Below the pieces are notes generated by a model. That model saw nothing but the letters and a program-made list of their open reading frames with translations, did not search any database and had not been told where the DNA came from. A DNA stretch of 63,668 bases, the filler included, from Reticulomyxa filosa (taxonomy: Eukaryota > Protista > Foraminifera), in assembly GCA_000512085.1 (NCBI GenBank). It is 19 parts of 19 records of this genome, joined end to end, with 100 filler letters (N's around TTAATTAATTAA, not from the genome) between each part and the next. Parts side by side here need not be neighbours in the genome. Positions count along the whole stretch, not along the records: positions 24,174 to 28,567 come from ASPP01003678.1; positions 28,668 to 29,814 come from ASPP01045024.1; positions 29,915 to 31,110 come from ASPP01005993.1; positions 31,211 to 32,780 come from ASPP01034648.1; positions 32,881 to 35,567 come from ASPP01028250.1; positions 35,668 to 39,194 come from ASPP01000739.1; 13 more parts are not named here. One strand, 5' to 3'. Positions 24,990 to 37,355 of the stretch are shown in pieces (within the stretch, counting starts at the first letter, position 1; each line of letters opens with the position of its first letter). Position numbers and translations under genes: made by a program.

Positions 24990-27960
24990 TAGTTGCTGTT
25001 GAGACTGGTCGCTTATCGAAAATATCGTGTACTGCGCATATGCGCAACTTTGGATTTGTCATGAATGTTCTGATTATAGTAGTCATGATCAACGAAGACG
25101 CCCAAGAATGAATAAAAATGGTACTAACCAATCATCAAATCGCAAATAGAATATTTGATATACTAGAAATGTCGTGCAAAGTGTGTATCTTATCAAAAGG
25201 AACGAGTTTTTCCAATTACAAAGTCAATTTGCTATCGTGGAACAGTTCGACAAGATTTTTCCGATAAGTCCCGAAAAGTTAGATCTGGTGCCAGACGACG
25301 AAAGAAAGATCACCAACAAGAAAAAAGAAAGATGGCGATACTATCAAAGTAGAAAAGATGGTTTCGCAACGGCTGAGAGAAGAAGTGGAAATTGTTGAAA
25401 AAGAATGTGTAAGTTGTTAGGAAACACTTACTTACGCCAATTGAGAAAACCACTACATTGGAAGAATGAGTGGTTCAACTTGGATGAGGGATTGTGCGAA
25501 ACTCCGTCGGTATATTGACAGCCAAGAAGAGAAATATGATGAGGAGAAGGAGGAGAATGATGATAATGAAAAAAAGAAAGAATATCGAAGATTCTCGTTG
25601 GATCTGTTTTTTTTAAAAAAATGTTTGCAGATTTACTGAATGTGATTATGCACTGGATCTTCACATCCGCGAGTGTAGACTTCGTGTTTCCAGATATTCA
25701 CTACTTTCCCATAGAACGCTCCAATCAAAGAAAATGAAAAGTGTGTGGAAACGTCCAGCAGTGGCACCCGAACATTTGAAAAGAACTTGGCCATCATATG
25801 TCATACAAGTCTCTGGCGCTTTGCCAACAATCATCCGCAAAGAGGTAGTCTAGCTGCGATTTACATGTTCCAACGATCAAGTGAAGAGTGATTGTTATAA
25901 AAATAGGGCTAACTACTAGTGTCAAAACTGGTCGTGTGCGTACGCACATTCGCGACTTGGATTTTGTTCGTGCATAAGCTGATGGTAGTAATCGTTCGCA
26001 CGAATACGCTCAAGAAAGAAAAAAAAAAAAGAACAGTACTCAATACTTCATTAAATCGCAAATAGAAGCATGTGGATGTCTGGAAACGCCTGCTCAAAGT
26101 GTGTCTCTCATTACAAGGGAGACTATTTTTTTTTAAGTACGAAGTCCATCAGCTCTAGTGGAATAGTTGGACAAGAATTACCCGAGCAGTCCCGGAAAGT
26201 TGGATCTTGGTGCATCCAGACGACGAAAGAAAGCTCACCAAAAGAACAAAAAAGAAAGAGGTTGATACGCGTAAAGTGGAAAAGATTGTGTCGCAACGAC
26301 TGCAGAAAAGAAGTGGAAATCGATGAAAAAAGAGAGTGGAAGTCGTTGGTAAATACATACTTCAGTAATCAAGAAAACCACAGCATTGGGAGAACATTCC
26401 ATGTGAAAGTGGTTCAACCTGGTGGAGGAGTTGTGCGAAACTCCGTCAATAAATTGGCAACCAAGAAGAATAATGTAAGGAGAATGAGAAGGAGGAGGAT
26501 GAAGAGAAAGAAGAGAATATCGAAATAATATTCGCGTTGGACCTGTTTTAAAAAAAAAAAAAAAAAAGTCTACAGATTTACAATCGCTGGCGTGAAGATC
26601 CAGTGCATAACCACACTCAGTAAATTTTGTGTTTCCAGATATACACTACCTTCATATAGAACGGCTCCAATCAAAGAGAATGAATAAGTTGTGGAAAATC
26701 TTGCAGTGGTAACTGGAAAAAATTGAAAGAAATTAGCCATCAACATATGCGCACACAAGTCTCTGACGATTTGCTACGCCAACAATGATCCACAAAGAGG
26801 GCGCCGAACTGTGATTTACAGACTCCAACCAACAAGTGAAACCCGTTTGTCATAGAAATGATGCTAAATAATCGTGTTGAAATTAGTAGTGTCTGTGCGC
26901 ATATTCGCAACTTTGGCTTTTTAGTCGTCCGTGTGCTGCTGATGGGAGAAATGATGAGATCACGAATGACATAAGCATTATAATCGGTGAAAAGAGAACT
27001 GTTTCATTTTCTGTCTCAGTTCGGTAAAGATCATTAGCGCTTATTGACAGACTCAAGGCGCTCGACTCTTGAAGTGTGAACTACAGACGGCGTGTTGAAT
27101 GCGACGCAATAATTTATATTCGTTACGTTATCACAGTAATTGGAAAACATTAAAATGCATGTCGTTAAGTTTAATTGGATTCGAGTCGATGTGATTTTAA
27201 ATTGTGAATCGCGTAGTGACTTTGGCGTACTCAAAAACGAATAGTCCAATAGTGAAAAAGAAAATAAGAATGGTATCCTCTATCATTGAATCGACAATCC
27301 AAATATTGTCGAATGAGCACATCATGATGGATGCAGAAATTTTTAAGCGTGACCATTATCCAACGCCAAAGCGTGTCCATCATTACAATGGCGACAAAGT
27401 GAATGAACGTCGTATTTAGAAATTATCTATCCATAAGATAGCATTGAAATTTTTGAAAAAAATTGTCCCAGTTCAATCGTGGATAATATTTCTTTTTGGT
27501 AAGCTTCGTGTGGGGCAGCACCAAGATCCAGGAAAGAAAGACGTGGCGCAAAAAAAAAAACATATCAACATCACGACTGGATTGATCGAAGAAATGGAAA
27601 AATGGAAGACAAAGAAAAAGAGGATGCGCGTTATGAAAATAATCACATATATGATCAAGTAAACCACCTCACATGGAATCATTCTCCCGATATTGTTGTG
27701 GCTCCAATTTGGTAGAATGAGTTTTGCGATATTCAAGTCAAGATCATTAGCAAATAAGAAGGAGATGATGTGAAAGAAGATTATTCAAGGCCATACCGTT
27801 GTTGGATGTATTTTAAAAAAAAAAACAAACAATCTGTCGACTTTACTTTGATTAGGAATAGCTCTCTTCACACCCCACAGTAGCAACTTTGCGAATCTTA
27901 ACATGGACTGATTTCATATAGTGCGCCCCCTCAATAGAAACTACTGGAAGGTGTGTGTAA
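24990..27960 (+). pseudogene. Degenerate tandem array of a ~0.9-0.95-kb coding unit (two full copies, one truncated start, one more diverged copy), unknown protein domain
   Basis: Anchors recur: HMRNFGF/HIRDLDF/HIRNFGF at ~25038, ~25946 and ~26900; CAGACGACGAAAGAAAG at ~25292 and ~26217; TGTGCGAAACTCCGTC at ~25493 and ~26432; TTTCCAGATAT at ~25687 and ~26632. A diverged copy lies at ~27215-27960. Many stops and frameshifts. Confidence 0.8.
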
Positions 27961-29169
27961 CAATGTCAAGCGCAGTCCAATGATAATGACAACGACGATA
28001 ACGATAACGCAGTTCATGTTCATTCTACTCATTTGTCAATTACTTTAATACATTGGACTGGTATTGTGTGCGCCGATATTTGATCCACTGCTGTTGGTGT
28101 CGCGGAAGAGAGGTAGTATTGTTGCACCATTTATTGCAAAAAGCAACAAGTCGTACCAATCGATAATGGATCGACGATTCAAAAGTCGCTCTGTTATTTG
28201 CCGAACAAAACAAAAGCTGGATATCTGCAATGTGTTGGTGGCGCTGGACCCTGCTGAGTGCAATATTTGTGTCAGCGGTCGAGCCCCCCCTCTCTATTCT
28301 TTCATCTCACCTCTCTTATCTCAAAGACGCCGTCGCTGTGGATATGAGCGAATTGTTCGGTTATCAAAAACCGAATCACTCAAATTCGAAAAGTGGAATG
28401 GTCTGCCATTGACAAGACCGCCATCCAAAAAAGTAGTAGCTCTAGTGGAAGAGCCTTTCAATGATAATAGCTTCCCCAAGTAACAGTTCAATTGTTCCAA
28501 ATAACGGGATGGTTGATGGAAGCATTATCATTGAAACCAGCGCGCGCATTCCAACACAAGACTTCAANNNNNNNNNNNNNNNNNNNNNNNNNNNNNNNNN
28601 NNNNNNNNNNNTTAATTAATTAANNNNNNNNNNNNNNNNNNNNNNNNNNNNNNNNNNNNNNNNNNNNAAGACAAACAAACAAAAGCATATTTTTATATAA
28701 ACAAAAACGTAGATATAAATTTACAAACCCTTTTTTTTTTTCTCCATACGGGGTGGACTTCAACCACTTATTTTTTTTCATAGATGAAGTGTGTTAACAC
28801 TTTTTTTTTTTTCTTTGGATACTTGTGGCGGCGCTATTATAAAACAAATCACAATTTAATATATTAAAAAAAATAAATAAATAAATTACAAACCATTTAA
28901 ACCCCTTTCGGGGACTGGTTCCTCTCAATGCTCTTGCGCCGTCGTCAATGAATAACATCATTTTTTCTTTGGTCCGATGATTTTTCTTCGGCGATTTTTG
29001 GCACTAGATGATCGGCACCATTGGTGGAGTAGCGCCCGAGCATGTCAAATATTTGGTCTATGTATTTTTGTAAAAAGACAATCTAATAACAATATTACAC
29101 ACTATATATATATATATGCATTTGTATATGTACAGATACAATATTTATTTATACATGTATAAGATATAC

Positions 29170-29814
29170 CCAATGGCTGTTGATATATCTGCCAGTCCAT
29201 GTGTATGCCATCACGCTTTGCTCACGATTTACTGTTTGCATGTTGTCGCATGTGGATCCATGACATTCCATCGCCACTCCTTCCAATACACAAAAACCCA
29301 ATGCTCGTCCATGACCTCTGGTGAGTCTTGGTCACACACATCTCACCGAAGAGCGCCCACACAAAGCATATAACGGCGCACAATCGCCCATGAAAGATGA
29401 TGCATCCACATTGGCTAATCGCAAATCGACTGGGTTGGTCCATTGTCTCTATCATCCATTTGTGCCAAAAAAAATAGAAGCCATTAAAGTTCATTAATTG
29501 CGAAACTTGAATATGCGTTTGTTGCCTTCGGGACCGGTGCGTCGGCTTCAGATACAATTGTACTATAAATTCCGAGCCATGACATTGTAAATAGTGATAT
29601 GAATTTGAATTGGGGCCAAATTGGAACAGTCGCCGAGTCGAAAGGGTGCGACACATACATGGACAATCCCATATCACATTGTAAAGAATCAACCTTTCAG
29701 CAAATTTCGATTGGTCGTTGTTGTGAGTAATAAGCGTCACATATTGTCCATTCACACCATCCTTGCTATCATCACTTGCTTTAAATTTCCAATTGCGCAA
29801 GCATTCGTTATCAA
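29170..29814 (-). pseudogene. Pseudogene with tandem HECTD1-type SUN/F5-8 (galactose-binding-like) domains and a 75-bp internal inversion
   Basis: First domain: CLRNWKFKASDD..VTLITHNNDQS-[inverted]-RLFQFGPNSNSYHYLQCHGSEF. Second: FGTNG**RQWTNPVDL..VDASS..GRSSVRC..SGDGMSWIHMRQHAN. In-frame stops, frameshifts and a deletion are present. Confidence 0.75.
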
Positions 29815-30485
29815 NNNNNNNNNNNNNNNNNNNNNNNNNNNNNNNNNNNNNNNNNNNNTTAATTAATTAANNNNNNNNNNNNNNNNNNNNNNNNNNNNNN
29901 NNNNNNNNNNNNNNTTCTAATTCGGCTTCTCTGTTTGTTACGATTCAATGAAAACTAACTTTGAAACTACTTTGTACAACAACGGTCAAATAGCCTCGAC
30001 AATAACAATTTCCTGATAAACATATTTTGACACAATGCCTGAGCGATATGGAGAGCTGAATTTTGCTTTTTTTGGGTATGACTTGGGAAAAAAAAATAAC
30101 AAGGTATACGCATTTACTGTGCGTTAAAAAAATTTGTCCATTGTAAAATTGGTGAATTGATCGCTACTCCCTTGTGCATTTTTTTATTATGTTTGGCTTG
30201 ACTGATTATTTTTAGTTTTGTTTTTTTTTTTACTGTTTGCAAGGTGAGAATTTTTTACCTCACACCCTTGACAAACCGAGAAACGAGAAAAGCAAAATAA
30301 CTCAAGGAAAACTGATTTGTGATCTTTCTTATTGATAACGAAAATTGTTTGAAGGAATCAACAAAGGTAAATTCAATTAATTGAGGGAAAAAAAAGTAAC
30401 AATGAAATAGAAAATTTTGTTTTTTTTTGTCATTTTTGTTGAAAAATACGAATAAAAAAAAGTAAGAACGAAAAAAAAGATTTTA

Positions 30486-30830
30486 TCAATTATTTGGTTC
30501 TACTTGTTTACATCTCATTAACAACCATTCCAACATCTTGTTCAAAACTTCCTTTTGTTGCGGCTCTGTTTCGTTCAGCATGGAATAATCCAGGGAAGAA
30601 GTGTTTTTGTTTCAATTCTTTGGAGTCTTTGTCATTTAGTTATTTGTTGATGTTTTTATTTATTATTATATTATTCTGTTTTCCCAAAAATGAAGAACGG
30701 ATACTCAACCTTATGGAACAATTTTCTCATTTCTTCACTGACGTGCAAGCCTTCAGTAGCCAATCGTATAGTCAGACTGACAATGAAATGTAATGGATCT
30801 TGTTGCAAACGTAAATTTATCTTTAACACA
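30486..30830 (-). pseudogene. Monoglyceride lipase/lysophospholipase-like alpha/beta-hydrolase, C-terminal remnant
   Basis: QDPLHF..LTIRLATEGLHVSEEMRKLFHKVEYPFFIF, then KHFFPGLFHA/(frameshift)NETEPQQKEVLNKMLEWL*. This matches the Hydrolase_4 C-terminus with the catalytic His. The HGxxD segment is missing. Confidence 0.55.
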
Positions 30831-31239
30831 CATCGACAGTGCACTAAACAAAACACAGGGAAAAAAAAAAAGCATTTAAAAAATAAATCAAAACAACTTT
30901 TTTTTGTAATTTTTTTTTGATAATTTTCTTTATTGTTGATATTTTTAATTGACATTTTAAAATTTTGATATTAAAATATTGAAACTTTGAGTGCGTTTAA
31001 GAAAAGAGTTTCTGTTAGTATGCTAGTTGGTGGATCTAGAATTCGATCTGTAGTAAAGAAATTTAATATAATTATATCTTCGGTTTTGGCTGTAGTCATA
31101 TAAGTGTAATNNNNNNNNNNNNNNNNNNNNNNNNNNNNNNNNNNNNNNNNNNNNTTAATTAATTAANNNNNNNNNNNNNNNNNNNNNNNNNNNNNNNNNN
31201 NNNNNNNNNNTTTTTTTTTTTAAATAAAAACAAACTGTT

Positions 31240-32780
31240 TCAACCACGACATTTGATTCAAATTCAGTGGAAGAGGCCCTTTGTGCTATCTTCAAGAAGG
31301 TACAAGCATCCAACAGCTTGTTCAAAACAGTTTGGAGACGAGAATCAAAAGACTCGAGATTTTGTAGTGTGATTTCTTTGCAATACCAATTGCAATTGTT
31401 GATTTTGTTCTTGCACTGATTATCTCAATTGTTGCAATTCTCTTTGAACGTTGTTCAATGTCTTTGTGCTGTCCGTATCTTTATCCGTTTCACGGTTGGA
31501 AAGGATCGCAGACAAATTTGCAAACCAACTCTCTATTATCTTTTCCAGATCATTTAGCTCTTCCGTTGGCTGTTTTCTTTCTTCTTCCTGTAGTTTTTCC
31601 CCATACACACACATACGTCAAGATTTAACAATTCAATCCAAAACAATTTGTAATTTGCGTCAAAACAAAACAGTTCTATGTTCATTGCTTTGAGAAATTT
31701 CTTTGGATTTTTCCAAGTTTTTTTCTATTTCTTGTAACAATTTGGTAGGCAATAACGCTAATTCGCTCTATTTTTTTTTTAGGCAATAATAGCAATAATT
31801 ATTATTATTTTATTATAAACAAACTGTAAATGTTCTTGAATTTGATTCAATCAACGTTTTAATATCTTCATTTGTTTTGTAAGCAACTTCCAAATTTTTC
31901 AAAATTTCAGAAATGGATCTTTCGTCTGCTTCGTTGGCTGTTGCAGCAACTTGCTTTTGGCTCAGCATCAATTCGTTTAGTTTGTTTTGCAACTCCTCCA
32001 TTTTGATTGTCATTTCATCGTTGGTAGATTTGACCTGTTGGTCAATGGTTGTAAATTTATTTTGCAGCGATTGCCTCAAAAACACGTCTAGTTGTTTTTT
32101 CATCGTTGTGTTTCCTATTTACGTTATCATGTACAATTGTTTTTTTTTTGGTAATTCTGCGTTTTCCCGTTCGTTAAAAAAACACACATAAAAAGGTACA
32201 AAGATCACAATACTACAAACTGCAATTATTCATTGTATCCATCATGCTATTGAATTGCTTGATCGATTTATCTAACGACGTGGTGAGTTTTTCTAACGAA
32301 TCCTAATATTGATTTCTCTTTCAATAAGGGTAACATGATAATTTATTTTTTTTTGAAAAAAAAAAAAGCAAGTAATACCTGATTGGTGTTGTTGATGGAT
32401 GTTCCATTCGTGTTGGCATCAGTCTTTGTAGTTTCCGATATTTTTTCTTCTATTACCTTTTCTATTTTGGTTTTGTCCGCAGTTTGATTTTTGATTGACT
32501 CAGTGTCTTCAAGCTCAGCTTGCTTTTTCGTTTCGTTATTTGTTTTGATTTGTATTTACTCTTCGTTGCCATACGTTTCTATCTTCGACTTGGTGTCTTC
32601 TCTTGTCTTTTTTTTTGTTAGCAGTTTGCAACAGGAGTGATTTATTTTCATGTACGTATTGTTTTTTTTTCGAAATAAAATAAGTGTAAGAGCGTAATGC
32701 GAACAGGAGCCGAGTGAGTAATTTACAATTGTAGGTACAACTTGTCAATAGCGCCGCGAATGTACTCTTTCAAGTCATCA
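31240..32780 (-). CDS. Multi-exon coiled-coil protein (partial at both ends)
   Basis: Heptad-rich exons (31813-32103, 31420-31614 and others) separated by AT-rich introns. No recognised domain. Confidence 0.65.
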
Positions 32781-32880
32781 NNNNNNNNNNNNNNNNNNNN
32801 NNNNNNNNNNNNNNNNNNNNNNNNTTAATTAATTAANNNNNNNNNNNNNNNNNNNNNNNNNNNNNNNNNNNNNNNNNNNN

Positions 32881-35567
32881 CCACCATTAGAGGTAACAAT
32901 TTGGTCATGACAGGCAAAGTCAGTCCCTCTTCCAAATGATTTGGTGAATAGTCCAATTTGACCAGAGGTAGTGGCGCGTTTTATCAAAGACTCTTTTTCT
33001 GCAAAAGAATTCTCTTCTGTCATCACAATCGCAGTGCTCTTCATTGGTGCAAAGTCAACGGATTCGTAAAACTCGTTCAATGATTTTATGGAATCAAAGA
33101 ATACCAAAACAGCTCGCTTTGTTCCCCCCATTTTTCCAACAAGTCGGCAGTCAATTTCTGTTTTCAATGCATTAAAGTAGATGCTTTCATCTTCAATGAT
33201 AATATCAGGTTTTTCTGCAAAGGAAAGCTTATGCTCGCCAAACAAAGACGGTATATACGTAAATTTGGACACACGATAATCTTCTTCCACCACATTTTTT
33301 TCAATGTCGCTCAATGTCGTCAACGTTCCACTTACCCCCATGATGCAACAAAACTTTTTGGGAACCTCTGCATAAGAGAAGCTGCCAATTTGAAAGGAAA
33401 TAAAGACATTTTGTTTAAAACTTTCGTCACTAATCTTAGCTTGTTGATGTTCGTGATAGTATGCAAACAAAGTCTTGTATCCATAGCGAACATTGTAGGA
33501 AATACTGTTTTGGTCTTTGTATCTAATTTTGTCATTACTGACTTGATAACTTTGAGACGCAAATGTGTACACATCCCTCAACATATCTTTGATGGCTTCG
33601 TCCAACAACAAGTCCCATCCTTTCAATATGTTACAACAGGCCCTGTATACAAGTGATTCCCTCACTTTGTTCAATGTTAAACGAGGTTCTCGATTGCTCC
33701 AAATGAAATCAATCAATTGAATAATGGTGTCATGACGCAATGTCGCGGCCGGAGAATAGAAACTACCGTAAAACTCTTTACTAAAAAATATATCGACCTC
33801 ATCGATTAACAGTATTTTCGCACGAGCAGTACGAGCTGTTTCATTGAAAAATATTTGTTCTTCTTTTCTGTCTTCTCCTGAAAGCAGTAAGTGTTCCACG
33901 AGTTTGCGTACATCTCCTTCGTCATTGATAAGTCTCTCACAAAGTTGGTTAAAGGTGCCATAATGAATATGATCGGCTACTCCAAATGCATTAAATAACG
34001 GTTCAAAGATTTTCAAATCTCTACAGCTCAAGTATTCACTGTACGAAGCACAACCCACATCAAAGCCAAACAATGCCAATGCACATGCGGTAACGGCCAA
34101 GGTAATCGATTTTCCTTCTCCAGTTCCAATTTGAACAAAGTTGTTGATTAGTCCAGGTTTGCCTTCGTCAATGCCCAGCATACAAAAAATTGCAATAACC
34201 TGGGCAGCATGTGGCTTCAATAAATAAGACTCTTTGTCGTCCACACCGTTTGCATCGTGATAATATTGTGAATTTTGAAGTGTCCATAATGCAAAGATAT
34301 GTGCTAATAGACTCGACATGCTGTCTCGGATTGTTGCGTCCCACGTGATATTGTCTAGATTTTGTTTGCCTCTACGGCAATTCTTTTTGGCATTGCTTGT
34401 TAATACTGTAAAATTAGGCTCTTTTTCTACTAAGTGTTTGCTTATTAATTTATTGTACTCTTTATCAAATTCATCATATCTTTTTTTCAATGTGTCAATA
34501 GCATTTTGATTGCGAGCTGATTTAATTTTCTCCAAAACATGGTCAATTTCGATTGCCTTTGTCTTCGTATTGAACAACGAAATCAAATATCCTTTAAATG
34601 CCAAGTGTTCCGTAACAATCATTTCACCAATTCCAGTTAAGTCCTTTTCTAATTCAATCGCAAGTATGGCAATATTTGCACCACTTTTTTGTAATTTGAA
34701 AGTGTGCAAGATACCATCGATATCTTTGTTTATTATATCTTTAAAATTGAGAATATGTATGGACATTTCTTTCATTGCCAACAAATAAGGAGTGAGCACA
34801 ACACTATTCAAATTATCCATTGCTCCTTTTTTCAACTGTTCGATTCGGTTATGCACAAGAGTGTTGACAGCACTGATTTGAGATCCGACAATGTCCGAAA
34901 AGACACCATGCTTTTGCATGCAAGAGAGACATAGATAATAGATATTTATTTGCTGGTAGTCATGGGTTGTCCAATTCAATTTTTCTTTGATACTTTCAAC
35001 ACAGTCTTGCATTTCACTTTTGAATCTCATTTGACAACGAAGCAGCATATCAGTGTTGTTCACTTGGATTTTCAATTGCGACACTTGTTCAATAAAATCC
35101 AACTTTTTTTTCAAATGGCCAAAAAACCGATCTCGATCAGCATCATTTGTTTTGGTTTTGTCATTGATCATACCATCATTGGTGATTTCTTGTGTCATTT
35201 TGTTCAAATGAAAATTGAGGTCACGGACCATGTCAGAATAAGTCCATAGCTTGACAGTAATAGGATCACTGCTATTGTCATTATCGTTAGTACTAATCAA
35301 CAGCTTTGAATTGAAAAAGTACTTTACTTGTTGCAAAAAGGTTCCCTCGTTAGCAAATATATTCGTGACGTCGAATACAATAAATAACTGGGCAATGTCC
35401 ATATTTTCGACAATCCGTTTGAACTTATGCTGAAGCGAATGAAAACATTTGCCAAATTTGTTTTTCAATTCTTTGATCTTTTCGTTGAAATTGATTGGCA
35501 AAAATTGCTCCACACGAATGTCCACAAAAGTGGTTTTGGATTCCATGCATTCAATTATAAAAGCAAG
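32881..35567 (-). CDS. Eukaryotic SecA-DEAD-like SF2 ATPase/helicase (partial at both ends, intronless)
   Basis: KPHAAQ (Q motif), VQIGTGEGKS (SecA-type Walker A), YLSCRD, IHYGT, LLIDEVD (Walker B), GVSGT, RAVLVFF and TKSFGRGTDF. A long helical N-terminal region precedes them. The frame is open across the contig. Confidence 0.88.
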
Positions 35568-35667
35568 NNNNNNNNNNNNNNNNNNNNNNNNNNNNNNNNN
35601 NNNNNNNNNNNTTAATTAATTAANNNNNNNNNNNNNNNNNNNNNNNNNNNNNNNNNNNNNNNNNNNN

Positions 35668-36070
35668 TTTTTTTTTTTAACGTAGTTGTCGCAGCGTCTG
35701 CTCGGAAACAAAAGTTAGAATGCTTGCTCGTGATCATGAAGTTGTTCGCGTCCACCGTTTGTGCGCGACGCGCTTCCACTGCAATGACCACTTTCAACTT
35801 CATCGCGTCTGGACCCTCGGCTCCCAACAGAAAGTTGTTCGATAACACAAAGTACAGCTTTGTCCAGTCGTTGCTCTTCTTTGTGTCTTGGAATAACAGG
35901 TATCCCTCAATCGTTCGATTTTTCGGAAACGCACACTCTTTTGGAAATTCCATTGGAGTCGGCGGGGGATACTCAAACTGCGTTGGGGGCAACGCCGAAT
36001 ACGCTGAGAAGCAGCTCATTGGAGTACTATTTTTCAAATCTACTTTCGATTGGGGCTGCTGTGATGACAT
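35668..36070 (-). CDS. PH-domain protein (5' part)
   Basis: IEGYLLFQDTKKSNDWTKLYFVLSNNFL...LKVVIAV...NNFMITSKHSNFCFRAD matches PH strands. Cut by a spacer. Confidence 0.75.
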
Positions 36071-36603
36071 TAATATATATATATATCACTTCTTTCTCTC
36101 AAGGGGAAAAAAAAAATAATGTATGGGGGCAAAGTTCTTTTTCTAAAATCAAAACTCTTCTTTGTTTTCAAAAGTTCACTTTTCTTCAAAAATGGCGTAA
36201 ATGACAGACAAAGCTTTGATTGTCTTGAGAAAAAAAAAGATTTTCAAGTTTTCAAAAGTATTCTTTTTAACAATGTGAAACAAGTGATCTTTAAAAATAA
36301 ACTTGAATTATTATAAACTGCTTTGCAAAAAAGAAGGCAGCTCTTGTAATTTTCATTTTGAAAGTAACATCTTTCTCAAAAACTAGGGACAAATCTGAAA
36401 TTGAATTAAAAGATGAAAACTACATGCACAAAAGAACACCTTTTGTAAAAAAAACATCAAGTATTAAAAAAGTTAAAAAACAAGATCTATGATTACAAAA
36501 CAATACATATTTTAATCATTAAAGTTTTTAATTTTTTTTATTAAATGAATACGCACAAGCACAAAAAAATCACTTTATTTGTCCTTTAAGTTTTTGTGAG
36601 ACG

Positions 36604-37355
36604 TTAGTAAACGATTGGGATGAGCCGTGCTCTCCCTTCACAAAAATCTTCATATTCTTTTCCAAAATGCTCTGTCAGCAGTTTTTCTTCTTCTTGAATG
36701 CGAAACATCCCAAAATAAACACACCACAATGTTGCAACGCTAAAGGAGAACCAATCGTTAAAATACAGAGCGTCGCCAATATTTTGCAGCATTTGTCCAG
36801 TGTACCTACCAAACAACAACCGAAAAAATAAAAAGGGGAGAATATAATTATACGTAGTTTTTGTTTGAAGAGAAAAATAATGCGTGAGATAGATTAGTTT
36901 TGCTAAAGAAATAATTTTTTTTTTTAAAAAAAAAGCAAAAAGTAATTTCAATAAAAAAATAAAAAAACGTACCCCGGATGTCTCAAAATTCGATAGGGAC
37001 CAGTTTTAACCACTTTATGATCCTCACGGATTGACAACGAATACATAAAATGTTTGTCAAGTGCCCTTTTGGCCCACCAACGAAATACCCAACCAAACAC
37101 TCCCAAACCGACACCAATCATTTCACGCACTGTCCATGGCTTTTGGTCGGGGTACGTTTTATATGCTCGATAACACTCGTAAACCCATGGAATGTACATC
37201 ATTGCAAAAGACAGTGGCTGCCACACATAAAACATTAACTTGTTGTGTTTTTCAAAACTCTCATTTCGTGATGGTGGAACGCTCTCTTGAATCCACATTA
37301 TACTTCGAAGTACTGACCATGGTAAACGAGATTGTACTAATGTTATCGCGGACAT
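36604..37355 (-). CDS. Isoprenylcysteine carboxyl methyltransferase (ICMT/PEMT) family membrane protein
   Basis: Exons 37355-36973 and 36805-36604 give FRWWAKRALDKHF..SIREDHKVVKTGPYRILRHPG-YTG...RIQEEEKLLTEHFGKEYEDFC..RARLIP. Confidence 0.88.

Noticed and set aside
32881-35567. Bacterial secA from a contaminant
   Set aside because: The long non-SecA N-terminal region and divergent motif spacing do not fit a housekeeping SecA, and base composition resembles the host genes. Not formally excluded.
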